DNA of 64,000 bases from Candidatus Nomurabacteria bacterium GW2011_GWD2_36_14 (GCA_000991405.1 LBRL01000001.1:527989-591988), one strand, 5' to 3'; shown: positions 26,323 through 37,553, counted from the first letter of the stretch. Program-made: numbers and translations. Notes: generated by a model not told the origin, from the letters alone.

Positions 26323-27387
26323 ATGAAGCACGTTTTTTTAATGATCGTTTTGACGATTAGTTTCGCCAGCTGTTTTGGTTCAGTAAGAATTAAACCTTAT
26401 GCTCCAGACCCATATTCATGGGAAGAACACCAGGCCGCCAACCTTTGGAAAAGAAGCGAACCCCTCAACCGGGAACTTCTGAAATGGAACAAGGGTTACA
26501 TTTACCCTGGGGATTGGCTTTTACTGGCCTACCCACAAAAGGGTGATAGCCTTTGGGCGCCTGTCCAGCAAGGAGATTATCCCCTGAAAGTTTCAAAAAG
26601 AGTTGTTGTAGAACAACCCCAAAGAGAAAACTATTCAGATGACGATAGTGCCATCTGGACAAATGATGTTAAACCATCGGTCCTTGCCAAATTGTGGCAG
26701 GATTTGAGGCAAGAACTAAAAAAAATGCCTTGGTATTTTTGGATTTTGATCTGGTTTTTGGGTGGAGGTTTGATATACATCATCATTTCTGAAAAGATGA
26801 GAAATTCTGACCCTGTAACTGCCGGACCTCCACAAATTCCTGGAGGAGTTAGAGATGAAGACATTGAAGCAGTCGTTTTGAGCCGCCACCCAGGAGCTCA
26901 AATACTGTCTAAGACAAAAGGTAGACTTTTTGGGAAGGGAACCCCGCACTACAACTTCAGGAGAATTTCTTTAAGAGCTTTTCTTAACAGAATCTTCCGT
27001 AAGACTTTCAATGGAACAGTGGGATACCAGATGGATATTCTTACTCCAACAGGACAAAGAATGCTGGTACAAACTCTTATGGGTTGCGGGAATGAAATTA
27101 GGATGAATGGAAAATTCATGACAGGATTAACTTTTATTCCTGACACAGAACAACCGGAAGCTTTCAGGTCAGTCCCAGAAAAAAAGGTGATAAATCTTTC
27201 CCCAAAAAATGAACTGACCCTAGCAATGAACGAGCAATCGGCGCTGGTTACCAGGTTTATGAAAAGCGAACTGCCCTTTAAAATCACAACAACAGTTGTG
27301 ACCTCAGAAGGTGGTAGCGTCACAACTGTGATTGAGGCGAACCGAAATCAACAAAAAAACGAATCTTCTCAGGAAAAGAAGAATTAA
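26323..27387 (+). CDS. Hypothetical lipoprotein/membrane protein
   Basis: 354 aa; N-terminal signal with a lipobox-like FASC, an internal TM (WYFWILIWFLGGGLIYIIIS); no known domain. Confidence 0.5.
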   Translation: MKHVFLMIVLTISFASCFGSVRIKPYAPDPYSWEEHQAANLWKRSEPLNRELLKWNKGYIYPGDWLLLAYPQKGDSLWAPVQQGDYPLKVSKRVVVEQPQRENYSDDDSAIWTNDVKPSVLAKLWQDLRQELKKMPWYFWILIWFLGGGLIYIIISEKMRNSDPVTAGPPQIPGGVRDEDIEAVVLSRHPGAQILSKTKGRLFGKGTPHYNFRRISLRAFLNRIFRKTFNGTVGYQMDILTPTGQRMLVQTLMGCGNEIRMNGKFMTGLTFIPDTEQPEAFRSVPEKKVINLSPKNELTLAMNEQSALVTRFMKSELPFKITTTVVTSEGGSVTTVIEANRNQQKNESSQEKKN

Positions 27388-27570
27388 AAAATCTTCAATT
27401 TCTAAAACTTTAATCGAAAGATGCCGTTACAACTTGTTTGTAACGGCTCTTTTTAATTATATTTTGAAACTGAACATACTAGCATAGGTATTGACAGATA
27501 GTATTGACTTATTGCATAATAAAAAGACAGGAAACTTAAAGTCTGGTAGAATATTAATATTAATAAAAAA

Positions 27571-30318
27571 GTGAATATTATGGACAATTTTTTTGCAAAA
27601 CATAACACTAATGAAGAAAACCCCTCAGCCAAAAATGGTGGCCAAACAGTGAACCCAACAGAAGAAAACAATCCTATTGAAAAAGAATTACCATTGGGAT
27701 TAGAAACAGAAGTTTCCGCCCCTTTATCCAAAAAGATAGATGAATATGACGAAAAGCTAAAAACAGCACGAAAACACAATCCATCTAGAAGGAAATTAAA
27801 GTCCATACTCAATAACCTGAAATCTATTCAAAAATTAGCAATTTTTGGATTTGAATCTGGTCAAAAGGAAGTAAAAGATAGTCCAGAAAATATAAAAGCA
27901 GAGCTGTTAGAAAAAATAGCTAATTTATCTGAGGCAGAAGATTTGAAGGAACTTTCTGAAATTCTGAAAAAGAAGCTGGGGATAAATGAACTAGAAAAAA
28001 TAGATCAAGAAGATAAAAAATTATCAAATAACAACGATACAATATTATTAAATGTTTCAACGTCAAAAAATATGGAAGATAAAAAAATAAGAGCTACAGA
28101 AAAAACAAAAGCAACCAATGCCGAGAACAAAAAGTCTAAAATTTTAACATCTATTGAATCGGCTAGAGAGGAATTGATTGAAAAATTATACGACACTTCT
28201 TTACTTAATTATAAAAAAATTAACTCAATAAAGAATGTATTATGGCAACTAGAAAAAGTTAGGGATGAATTAATTGAGAATAATCTATCAAACATAACTT
28301 CAATTAATATAGACGAATTGCCAGATGATATTAATAAACAAGATATATCAAATATTAATAATCTACTTGTCGGACGTAAGACAAAAACAGAGAATAAAAC
28401 TACAAATAAGATATTGGTTGATTCTGCAAGGGAAGAAGTTTTGAGTGCATTTCCTTCTGTTGAAACACCAGCTACAGTAGAAGAAACTCCAACTGCGACA
28501 AATAAAATTAAATCTTTCGGTAGTATAACAGGGGGTCGCCCTGTATTCTATACAGAAGAGGAATTAAAAGAATTAAATGAAAAAAATACAGAAACATCAC
28601 AGGGGACTATACCTAAAAAGGAAAGTTGGTGGGGGAAAATAGGGCATAAAACTTTCGAGTTCTTTACAAAGAAGCCTACAGTAAATCCAGAAAACCCAAT
28701 TAACTTCATGGCTCCAACTGGAAGCCTTCCTGCTTCTCCTGACCAAAAGATAAATACACCTCCAGAAAAGAAGAAAGTTGCCACAGAAATAGAGGAAGAG
28801 AAAGAAACTGAAAACCCAATTAACTTCATGGCTCCAACTGGAAGTCAGCCATTCTTTCCTAGTGAGAAAGAAGGAATAACCTTGCCACCAGAAAATAAGA
28901 ATACTTCGAAAGTAAATGAGGGAACTGAAAACCCAATTAATTTTCTGGCTCCAACTGGAAGTCATCCATTCTTTTATAATGATCAAGAGGGAATAACTTT
29001 ACCACCAGAAAATAAAGGTAGTGAAAATGAAGCGGGTAATAAAGAAACTGAAAACCCAATTAACTTCATGGCTCCAACTGGAAGTCAGCCGTTTCTATAC
29101 AACAAAGAAGCACCCGTCCAAACTGATGAAACTGAAACAATAAAAGACCAAAAAATACCTTGGAGTGCTAAATCCATAATGTCTAGCTTATACAAAGGTA
29201 TTGATAGTATTCCAGTAGTAAATAGGCTTGTTGCAAAAACAGGTATTGCTTATAATCAATTTTTTATAGATAGGAAAGAAGAAAAATCTGTAAATCTTAA
29301 AGACAAAATGGATACTTTAGATTTAGACCTAAAAAATCTAAGTGGAGCAAAATCAAAGATACAAACTGTTATAGGAAATCTAAAAGATCATGGTGAAGTT
29401 GGATATAACTCATTCCTATTAGAAATAAAAAGAATTGAAGAGCAAGAAAGGAAAATTGCAAACAAGAAAGATACACTTCAGACTAGGATTGAGACAAGGG
29501 AAAATTCAATAAAACTTTATGTAAACAAAAGAGACTCTATTGCAGATAAGATGATAAATAAATATAATGAGAAACTTTCTCCAATAGAAGAAAATCTCAA
29601 AAATTTAGAAACAGAAAAAGATATATTGGATATTTACAGACTTGGCAAAGAAGCAGAAATAGAAGAGATACAGGAAAAAACAAACTTCTTGATAAAACAA
29701 AAAGAATTAGTAATGGAAAGTCTCTTGTTGCGGGGGATTCCGGCTGAAAGAGCAAATGGCCACAAATCTATGAAAAAATTCAATAAAGAATTATCTTCTA
29801 TGAAGAATACAATATCGGATATAAAACACAATCTTGCAAGGAGAGAAACTGCAATAAATGACAAAATTGAAAAAGCTGATAAAAAAGCAAACCCTTATAG
29901 AGACCGCAGAAATGAATTCATACGTGTCACAAATAGAAAACCTATAAAAATAGAACTAAATGAGAGAGTTAATTTGAATGAAAACACCAACAGAGAAGAA
30001 ATGGTAGTACACACAAGAAAAGACGAAGAGGAAATCGAGTCTAAAGAAAACACATCTTCTAAGATCGATATGGGAAGTGATTATTCAGGATATGAAAATA
30101 ATCCTAAAATGTTTGAAGCAATTACAGAATTCAATAAGTATGTGAAATCAATAAGCTCTGATACTTCGTTATTAATAGATGAAGAAAAAATATTTAAGAT
30201 AATAAATCAAGAAACGAGAGTTACTACAAATAAATTAAAAGAAATTATCTTGGCTTACTACAAATTTACAAAGGTCCCAGAAAGTAAGTATAAAAACTTA
30301 GTAGATAATATTAAATAA
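27571..30318 (+). CDS. Large coiled-coil repeat protein with 4x ENPINFMAPTGS repeats
   Basis: 915 aa, Lys/Glu-rich; four tandem copies (units of about 114-126 bp at 28690-29090) encode ENPINF(M/L)APTGS(L/Q/H)P; the C-terminal half is coiled-coil. Confidence 0.6.
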   Translation: MNIMDNFFAKHNTNEENPSAKNGGQTVNPTEENNPIEKELPLGLETEVSAPLSKKIDEYDEKLKTARKHNPSRRKLKSILNNLKSIQKLAIFGFESGQKEVKDSPENIKAELLEKIANLSEAEDLKELSEILKKKLGINELEKIDQEDKKLSNNNDTILLNVSTSKNMEDKKIRATEKTKATNAENKKSKILTSIESAREELIEKLYDTSLLNYKKINSIKNVLWQLEKVRDELIENNLSNITSINIDELPDDINKQDISNINNLLVGRKTKTENKTTNKILVDSAREEVLSAFPSVETPATVEETPTATNKIKSFGSITGGRPVFYTEEELKELNEKNTETSQGTIPKKESWWGKIGHKTFEFFTKKPTVNPENPINFMAPTGSLPASPDQKINTPPEKKKVATEIEEEKETENPINFMAPTGSQPFFPSEKEGITLPPENKNTSKVNEGTENPINFLAPTGSHPFFYNDQEGITLPPENKGSENEAGNKETENPINFMAPTGSQPFLYNKEAPVQTDETETIKDQKIPWSAKSIMSSLYKGIDSIPVVNRLVAKTGIAYNQFFIDRKEEKSVNLKDKMDTLDLDLKNLSGAKSKIQTVIGNLKDHGEVGYNSFLLEIKRIEEQERKIANKKDTLQTRIETRENSIKLYVNKRDSIADKMINKYNEKLSPIEENLKNLETEKDILDIYRLGKEAEIEEIQEKTNFLIKQKELVMESLLLRGIPAERANGHKSMKKFNKELSSMKNTISDIKHNLARRETAINDKIEKADKKANPYRDRRNEFIRVTNRKPIKIELNERVNLNENTNREEMVVHTRKDEEEIESKENTSSKIDMGSDYSGYENNPKMFEAITEFNKYVKSISSDTSLLIDEEKIFKIINQETRVTTNKLKEIILAYYKFTKVPESKYKNLVDNIK

Positions 30319-30325
30319 TTATTTT

Positions 30326-30607
30326 ATGACAACAAATAAAAATGACGATGAGATAATAGAAGAGGAGATGAAAGATTTACTTGAGAAGTTAGATCAGACT
30401 GGGAGTGATGTCCAGAATCTATCGAGGGAAACATCTAAGGGTTTTGATGAAATTGAAAATAGAGTTGATCAGAATGTAAAAGAAATTGATGCAGGTTTAT
30501 CTGATCTAGATAAGTCAGAAAAGGAAACAGAAGAGGAAATGGAAAAACTTGTATTAGAACGGGCAAAAGAAGTAGAAAAGGAAGAGGCAGAGGATAAAGA
30601 AGAATAA
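30326..30607 (+). CDS. Small acidic coiled-coil protein
   Basis: 93 aa, highly Glu/Asp-rich. Confidence 0.4.
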   Translation: MTTNKNDDEIIEEEMKDLLEKLDQTGSDVQNLSRETSKGFDEIENRVDQNVKEIDAGLSDLDKSEKETEEEMEKLVLERAKEVEKEEAEDKEE

Positions 30608-30625
30608 AAATGTTACAATGAATGA

Positions 30626-32563
30626 ATGCAATATATTGATTCATTAAATGACAAGCAAAAAGAGGCAGTCCTGTATACGGATGGGCCTCTTTTGATAGTG
30701 GCGGGGGCGGGGGCGGGGAGGACGAAAACTATAACTCACAGGATAATACACGTGATACATGAGGGGGTGAATCCTTCTTCGATATTGGCAGTCACTTTCA
30801 CGAACAAAGCGGCAAAAGAAATGCGGGATAGAGTCATGACACTACTAGAAGATAAAGTTCATGGGGTTAGTCAGCCATTTAACCATGCAGGGGTACCATT
30901 CGTATCTACCTTTCACTCTCTAGGAGTCCACATTATAAAAGAGAATGCCCACCTAATAGGATTGACGAAGCATTTCGCAATTATCGACGAGAGTGATGCT
31001 GTATCTATTATTAAAGATGTGATGAAAGAGCACGATATAGATCCAAAGCAACATGAACCAAGGAAGATTAAAAGTATAATATCGAAAGCAAAAGGCGACT
31101 TCGTAACTCTCGAAAGCTACAGGGCCAACGTCAAAAGTAGTATTCAAAGCATTGTTGCTTTAATCTGGGGAGGATATGAAGCGAGACTTAAAAAGGAAAA
31201 GGGTCTAGACTTCGATGATCTACTTTTGGAATCCGTTTTGATTTTGAGAAAGTTTCCAGAGGTTAAAAATAAATATCAAGAAAGATGGCAGTACGTGCAC
31301 ATAGACGAGTACCAAGATACCAACGAAGTTCAATACGAGATGACAAAGCTTCTGGTCGGGAAAGAAGAAAATATTTGTGTAGTAGGGGATACAGATCAAA
31401 ATATTTATAGTTGGAGAGGAGCCAATATAAAGAACATGCTTCACTTTGAGAAAGATTATCCGAACGCAAAGATAGTCATGCTTGAGCAGAATTATCGTTC
31501 AACGGGGAAAATAATTGAAGCAGCAAATAATGTGATAGAGAAGAATCAATACCGAGTACCTAAAACTTTATTTACTAAAAATGTGGATGGCGAGCAGATA
31601 GTGGTCTGCGAAGCATACGACGAAGTCAGCGAAGCAGACTTCGTTGCTAGAGAGATAGATGAACTCCTAAAGAAAAATAAACCTGAGGATATAGCTATAC
31701 TTTATAGGGCGAATTTTCAATCGCGTGTGCTAGAAGAAGCTCTTCTTTCTAGACAAATACCCTACCAAGTACTGGGGGTGAAATTCTTTGAAAGAAAAGA
31801 AATCAAAGACATTCTCTCTTATGTTAAAGCCAGTTTAAATAAAGAAAGCCTAAGTGATATCAAAAGAATTATAAATACACCAGCGAGGGGGATAGGGAAA
31901 GTAACACTAACGAAAATATTTGCAGGACTCTCTGCAGAACTTCCAGCTGGAATGCAAATTAAAATAAATAAATTCTATGCATTACTCGAAGATATTCACG
32001 AGTATATAGATACACACAAGCCATCGGAAATAGTAAAATACATAATTGAGAAAAGTGGATTAGAAGAGGAACTTTCGCATGGCACAAATGAAGAAATGGA
32101 GAGGCTTGAAAACATGAAAGAGCTGGTGACACTCGCAATAAAATATGATGCACAAGACGATGGAATAGAGAAACTACTTGAAGATGCATCGCTCTCTAGC
32201 GACCAAGATAGTCTGATACCAAGCGAGAAAAATAAAAAGAACGGAGTGAGACTTATGACTGTGCATGCATCGAAAGGACTTGAGTTCAAATACGTGTTCG
32301 TGACAGGATTGGAGCAAGATCTCTTTCCACATGCTCGTACTGGTACTGGTACAAAAGAAGATAAAGAGGAAGAGCGCCGTCTCTTCTATGTGGCTCTCAC
32401 TCGTGCCGAGAAAAAATTGTATTTAACTTATGCATCACTTCGTACAATCTTCGGTATGAAGCAAGTAAACACTCCAAGTGAATTCATTTACGACATCCCC
32501 GCACACCTTACAGACTTCACACAAAGTTACTCGAGGGGAGGGGAGAAAATTGTTTATCTTTAA
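30626..32563 (+). CDS. pcrA: UvrD/PcrA/Rep-family ATP-dependent DNA helicase
   Basis: 645 aa; Walker A AGAGRTKT (a GxGKT variant), TFTNKAAKEM, DEYQDTN, VGDTDQNIYSWRGA, YRS, TVHASKGLEF, VALTRA helicase motifs. Confidence 0.9.
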   Translation: MQYIDSLNDKQKEAVLYTDGPLLIVAGAGAGRTKTITHRIIHVIHEGVNPSSILAVTFTNKAAKEMRDRVMTLLEDKVHGVSQPFNHAGVPFVSTFHSLGVHIIKENAHLIGLTKHFAIIDESDAVSIIKDVMKEHDIDPKQHEPRKIKSIISKAKGDFVTLESYRANVKSSIQSIVALIWGGYEARLKKEKGLDFDDLLLESVLILRKFPEVKNKYQERWQYVHIDEYQDTNEVQYEMTKLLVGKEENICVVGDTDQNIYSWRGANIKNMLHFEKDYPNAKIVMLEQNYRSTGKIIEAANNVIEKNQYRVPKTLFTKNVDGEQIVVCEAYDEVSEADFVAREIDELLKKNKPEDIAILYRANFQSRVLEEALLSRQIPYQVLGVKFFERKEIKDILSYVKASLNKESLSDIKRIINTPARGIGKVTLTKIFAGLSAELPAGMQIKINKFYALLEDIHEYIDTHKPSEIVKYIIEKSGLEEELSHGTNEEMERLENMKELVTLAIKYDAQDDGIEKLLEDASLSSDQDSLIPSEKNKKNGVRLMTVHASKGLEFKYVFVTGLEQDLFPHARTGTGTKEDKEEERRLFYVALTRAEKKLYLTYASLRTIFGMKQVNTPSEFIYDIPAHLTDFTQSYSRGGEKIVYL

Positions 32564-32589
32564 AATAAAAAAAACATTACGCAAAAATT

Positions 32590-32810
32590 ATTCTCGGACT
32601 CACCACACAATAAAATTCTGCTGAATTTTTTGCTCGCACTCGGTCCGTCGACCTGCGTGAGGGTTCGCTCGAGAACATTTTTTACTACATGTTTTTAGAA
32701 AACGTAAACAAATAGTCTTATCAGAGGGGCCGGCGGAGGTCGACGGACCGAGCAATGAGCAAATTTCTAGCAAGAAATTATGCGGACCCTCTGAGAAGAG
32801 CTATTTGTTG
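32590..32810. repeat. Composite of B-prime (reverse) followed by B (forward), a large inverted pair
   Basis: 32590-32680 is the reverse complement of the 12314-12410 type; 32709-32810 is a canonical B copy. The two halves are mutually complementary over more than 25 nt (gctcgcactcggtccgtcgacc / ggtcgacggaccgagcaatgagc). Confidence 0.75.
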
Positions 32811-32837
32811 GAGTTTTTAGTATACTAATACAATAAT

Positions 32838-33776
32838 ATGATTCACAAAGCGAAAAAATCTTTAGGTCTAAATAAATTTTCAGTAGAAAATTTATCGCCC
32901 GATTTTTCTTCCCATAGGGCCAAGAAAAATTTAGGGCAGAATTTCTTGAAGTCTAAAGAGGCACTTTTCAAGATGTGTGAGGCTGGGGGAGTGAGTGATA
33001 AGGACGTGATAGTGGAAATAGGCCCCGGGAAGGGAGCCCTGACTGAGAAACTACTAGAAAAGGCTTATAAAGTAATAGCTATAGAGAAAGACCGTGATTT
33101 AATCGATATTTTAAAGGATAAGTTCGCAAATGAGATAAAAAATGGCCCTAATTTGTCCAACAAGACAAACGGGCAATGTAAATTAACCCTTTTAAATGAA
33201 GATATATTGGGCTTTGACCCTGCAAAACATGGACTAAAAGAAGGTGGATACAAAATAATTGCCAATATCCCTTATAATATAACGGGCTCTATTATAAGAA
33301 GATTCCTATCTGAAGTAAATAAGCCTATAACTATGACCCTTTTGGTACAAAAGGAGGTGGCTGAACGAATTGTAGCTAGAGATGGCAAAGAAAGCATCCT
33401 TTCCTTGAGTGTGAAAGCGTATGGAATGCCTTCATATATAATGAAAGTTCATAAGAGATTCTTCTCCCCCTCGCCCAAGGTGGACTCAGCGATAGTCTCT
33501 ATAAATGATATTTCCGGCAAACTTTTCAAAGACAAATCGACAGAAGAGTCATTCTTCACTCTCATAAAGGCAGGATTTGCTCATAAAAGAAAAGTCCTCA
33601 GGAAAAATTTAGAAGACATTAACATTAAGGAAGTCGAACCCTCCTCTTCGGCAGGTAAACTTCCTAAGATAGATGAAATATTTAAAAAATTAGGAATAAA
33701 TCCCAAAGCTAGAGCAGAAGACGTGCCGTTCTCAAAATGGGTAGAAATGAATGACTATTTTAGAGAATTAATCTAA
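32838..33776 (+). CDS. rsmA: 16S rRNA (adenine1518/1519-N6)-dimethyltransferase
   Basis: 312 aa; LGQNFL, IEIGPGKGALT, ANIPYNIT motifs of KsgA/RsmA. Confidence 0.9.
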   Translation: MIHKAKKSLGLNKFSVENLSPDFSSHRAKKNLGQNFLKSKEALFKMCEAGGVSDKDVIVEIGPGKGALTEKLLEKAYKVIAIEKDRDLIDILKDKFANEIKNGPNLSNKTNGQCKLTLLNEDILGFDPAKHGLKEGGYKIIANIPYNITGSIIRRFLSEVNKPITMTLLVQKEVAERIVARDGKESILSLSVKAYGMPSYIMKVHKRFFSPSPKVDSAIVSINDISGKLFKDKSTEESFFTLIKAGFAHKRKVLRKNLEDINIKEVEPSSSAGKLPKIDEIFKKLGINPKARAEDVPFSKWVEMNDYFRELI

Positions 33777-33822
33777 AATAATCTAGGATATTTTGTATTT
33801 AAATAGTATAATAAAAGTGTAA

Positions 33823-34692
33823 ATGGATAGTAAATATTTACCAAGTAGAATTTTCGTGATTCGTATAGTAGTTATTCTCTTAATAATAGGAGTTGTTTTC
33901 GGTGTGATTAAAATAGTGAAATATTTTAAGAATAAACCAAATAGCAAAACTCCTGTGAAAGTCTTAGTAAAAGATATTGTTCAAAAAGACAGTAATAGTA
34001 ATGGCATTGCCGACTGGGAAGAGTACCTTTGGGGACTTAACCCAAGTAAAAATGGCCCAGAGAATAAGGAGTTTATTATGGCTAAAAGGAAAACACTAGC
34101 CGAAAATAACAACACTTTATCTCCTCAAAATAATGAGGCAAAAGAAAATGAACAGTTGTCTAAGGAACTTTTCTCTGTAGTTATGTCCCTCATGCAGTCA
34201 GGAAATCTATCTGAAGAATCTATTTCTGAAGTTTCGAAAACTATAGGCTCAAAAATTGAAGTGGAGCAAATACCAGACATATACACAAAAAATATGTTAA
34301 TAATAAACAATAAAGAAGATGGAGATATTGCCTATTTCCAAGCATTTAAAGACTTAAATGAAAAGTATAAAGATGCCGACTTGGGGGGAGAGCTGACTAT
34401 AATTGCCCAAGGAATAGAAAAAAATGATCCACAAGCCTTATACATAGCAACAACCATTGCTTCATCTTATAGATCTTTTGGAAAAGAGTTAATTAAAATT
34501 CCTGTACCAGAATATCTATCAGAAGGAAACTTAAATTTGGCTAACGATTACGAAAAAGTGTCCCAATCCTTGGAAGGGATGCTAAAGATTCTAGATAATC
34601 CACTGATAGGGATGAGGGCTCTCCTTAGTTATAAAAAGTATACAGACAAGATAATGACAGATCTTGAAAATATTTCTAGCAATTTAGATTAA
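33823..34692 (+). CDS. Hypothetical membrane-anchored protein (possible first gene of the secretion locus)
   Basis: 289 aa; N-terminal TM (IFVIRIVVILLIIGVVFGVI) then a hydrophilic domain. Confidence 0.45.
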   Translation: MDSKYLPSRIFVIRIVVILLIIGVVFGVIKIVKYFKNKPNSKTPVKVLVKDIVQKDSNSNGIADWEEYLWGLNPSKNGPENKEFIMAKRKTLAENNNTLSPQNNEAKENEQLSKELFSVVMSLMQSGNLSEESISEVSKTIGSKIEVEQIPDIYTKNMLIINNKEDGDIAYFQAFKDLNEKYKDADLGGELTIIAQGIEKNDPQALYIATTIASSYRSFGKELIKIPVPEYLSEGNLNLANDYEKVSQSLEGMLKILDNPLIGMRALLSYKKYTDKIMTDLENISSNLD

Positions 34693-34727
34693 ACATTGTT
34701 ATACTATAAAGAGTAATTATTATATCC

Positions 34728-37553
34728 ATGAAAAAACAAGTAGTACAAAAAATAATACTATCGCTAATAATTTTCACACTAGTTACTCCGTACATATATC
34801 AGTCTTCTAAAGCAGAAGCTGCTAAAATAGAGTGGGATAATCCAAGTAAAAATGGTAATCCTTATAAAATACAATTGACTGATACTTTAAATGGTAAATT
34901 ACTTACCGACGTTGTTTCTTGTACAGGGTTGGTGGATTCAGGTGTAAAGGCTGTAACAACTTTTTCTTCTGATTTATTAAAAAAAGCCGTTATAAATAAA
35001 TTAAAAAAACAAAAAACAAAAACTTGTGAGCTTGCTAAAAAGGGAGCAATTTCTGCAGTGGCTGGTGCTGTAAACCTAAGTTTAACCGATATAATAAAAC
35101 AGGTTAAATGTGAGGTTGATCCTACAACGGGGATTACAAATGTAAGTGACACTGCTTCTCAAGCAAAACAGCAAGAAATATTAAACCAATCATTAAAAGA
35201 ACAAAAGAGAAAAGAATGTTTAAATGGTATTGCCATAACACTTGCTAAAAACCAACTAGCTGCTATGACTAAGTATACAATGAACTGGGTAAACTCTGGA
35301 TTTGAAGGAGACCCTATGTATGTCCGTAATATTGATACATTCATGGGAAGAATGACAGACGACATTCTTATGAAAGAACTTAATATGTTCAAGGGTCAGC
35401 CACAATACTACCCATATGGTAACAGCTTCTACCGTAGTACAATCCTTGGTAATATTGCTAGAGGTAATTTTAAAGAATCAATGAAGCAAAACTTGTCCAA
35501 TTATTTGGGATCAGGTGGACTTGGTAATGATGCGGCAAACGTAGTTGATAGATATACAAATAATTTCGGGGAAGGTGGGTGGAATGCATGGCTTGCCTTT
35601 ACTCAATACCCTCAGAATAATTATTTAGGATATACACTAAAGACAACAGAGTATATAGCTGACAAACAAAATACCCAAGTTCAAAATACCAAAGAAGAAT
35701 TGCAACAGAACAACGGTTTCCTGTCACAGAAAAAATGTGTTGTTTATGGAACTACAGAAAAAGCTGCTCAGAGAAATTCGGAAAAGGAACAAGCCCAAGC
35801 ATCACTAGCGAGAAAATTGGAGGTTAGAAATAGTCTACAGAGTGCTATGTATACAGCATGCAAAATTGTGACGAATCCTGAGTGTAAAGGAGCAAATACC
35901 AACTTTCAGATAGCAGACAATGATTATGGTGAGGAGTTCGCTCTATATGCTAAAAAGTATAGCGAGACAGATGGAGCCACACAAGGGCAAGATAGTAAGA
36001 ATTGTACTAAATGGGAAACAGTTACTCCGGGAAGTGTCATAGCAGGGAAAATAAACACATACTTGAACTCAGAAGTAACACAACTAGAACTCGTAAATGG
36101 AGTAAATGATTTCTTGTCAGGAATATTTGACTCGTTGATATCAACACTCCGAAACGAAGGTCTTTCAAGTATATCTTCTATCAATAATTCTAAGGGGGGT
36201 ACTGGTTATAATAGTCCTATATATACCGATCCTAAAACAGGAGAAACATTGACTTCAAGTAATTATACAAATGAGTCTGTGGATTTAACAAAGGATCTAG
36301 GAAATACTTACATACATGATAAGTTGGCTTATAAAGGACTTTGGAATGCTAAAACAAATACACCAAAACTATTCATGGATACGGGTATTACAAACTCATA
36401 TTATACTGTGTCTGTTGCTGGAAATACAGAAATAATTAAAAATGGATACAATGGCTGGGAAGAAGGAGACAGAGCCTTCTTTGATGGAACAAATTGGCAA
36501 AATTGGAAAAAGGGAGAATTAAACCCTATAAAGACTCGTGGGACTGTTCAAACTCAACAAGACTATTTGATTGCAGCTAGAGAAGTATTAACCATATTAC
36601 CAGGAATTATGCCGAAGCTAGGGGAGCTTGACTATTGTATTCCTGGACCAAACCCTGGCTGGCAATTGAACACAAGCGAGACATCTGACGCATTTATGGC
36701 TTATGTGGACGGGCTTGATACTGACTATACTCCTTCAGGAGGATTCCTTGGTGCCAGAGATTATACAGAAATAAAATCTCCAGACCAAAACTCAGAAATA
36801 GTTAAAACATATCAAAAAATGTTTGAAAGCCCAATAGATAAAACATTTAGTATTGCAAACATCTGGAGTAAGGTATTAAATACTTACCCTTATTCTTCAA
36901 TCATGTATACAGATACACTAAGAGAGACAGGTCTGGGATGGAAGGGGACATATCGTGAGGGAGGAGCTAAATACTCAAGATCAGAAGAAGCTATAGGGGT
37001 GGTAACAGACTTAAAAGATAAAATCTTAAACGATTTAAATTTATTCCAGACAAAATACAATACTGAAATAAACAAAATATATGGACCAAATAGTTTAATG
37101 CAAAAAGAATTTTTAGAAAATGAAAGTACCAATGAATTAACCCTAAATCCTGCCTTTTTAGAAGTGTCTAAACCGGGGTTAAACATAACAAAAGATATAA
37201 CTTCTTATAATGATACAATTAAAGAAGCAACCGATACATACACAGAAGACATAGTTACCGCAAATATAAATATCAAAAAGTTGAACCTAATAAAGGATCG
37301 TGTAAGTCAGATAATTGTAGATGCTCAGAAAAGACGAGACGTAAATCGCGAAAGAATAATTAAAGAATACAACGAAACAAATAACACAAATATTACCCGT
37401 GCAGAATATGATAAATGTGCAAAAGAAGAAAATGTTTCATTCTATGAAGACACAGAGGTCCTAAAAAGCGGCACGACTGGAACAGAAAGATGTAGTGATG
37501 GAATAGACAATGATTTGGATGGATTAGTAGATGCACAAGATCCAGATTGTTGA
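34728..37553 (+). CDS. Large secreted or surface protein with a C-terminal Cys-flanked Asp-rich (TSP3/Excalibur-like) loop
   Basis: 941 aa; signal peptide; ends in CSDGIDNDLDGLVDAQDPDC. Confidence 0.6.
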   Translation: MKKQVVQKIILSLIIFTLVTPYIYQSSKAEAAKIEWDNPSKNGNPYKIQLTDTLNGKLLTDVVSCTGLVDSGVKAVTTFSSDLLKKAVINKLKKQKTKTCELAKKGAISAVAGAVNLSLTDIIKQVKCEVDPTTGITNVSDTASQAKQQEILNQSLKEQKRKECLNGIAITLAKNQLAAMTKYTMNWVNSGFEGDPMYVRNIDTFMGRMTDDILMKELNMFKGQPQYYPYGNSFYRSTILGNIARGNFKESMKQNLSNYLGSGGLGNDAANVVDRYTNNFGEGGWNAWLAFTQYPQNNYLGYTLKTTEYIADKQNTQVQNTKEELQQNNGFLSQKKCVVYGTTEKAAQRNSEKEQAQASLARKLEVRNSLQSAMYTACKIVTNPECKGANTNFQIADNDYGEEFALYAKKYSETDGATQGQDSKNCTKWETVTPGSVIAGKINTYLNSEVTQLELVNGVNDFLSGIFDSLISTLRNEGLSSISSINNSKGGTGYNSPIYTDPKTGETLTSSNYTNESVDLTKDLGNTYIHDKLAYKGLWNAKTNTPKLFMDTGITNSYYTVSVAGNTEIIKNGYNGWEEGDRAFFDGTNWQNWKKGELNPIKTRGTVQTQQDYLIAAREVLTILPGIMPKLGELDYCIPGPNPGWQLNTSETSDAFMAYVDGLDTDYTPSGGFLGARDYTEIKSPDQNSEIVKTYQKMFESPIDKTFSIANIWSKVLNTYPYSSIMYTDTLRETGLGWKGTYREGGAKYSRSEEAIGVVTDLKDKILNDLNLFQTKYNTEINKIYGPNSLMQKEFLENESTNELTLNPAFLEVSKPGLNITKDITSYNDTIKEATDTYTEDIVTANINIKKLNLIKDRVSQIIVDAQKRRDVNRERIIKEYNETNNTNITRAEYDKCAKEENVSFYEDTEVLKSGTTGTERCSDGIDNDLDGLVDAQDPDC

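Noticed and set aside
28690-29090. Possible CRISPR-like array of about 35-bp direct repeats spaced about 120 bp apart
   Set aside because: The repeats lie inside a long continuous ORF and encode a repeated peptide (ENPINFMAPTGS). Spacing and context are those of coding tandem repeats, not a CRISPR array, and no cas genes are present.
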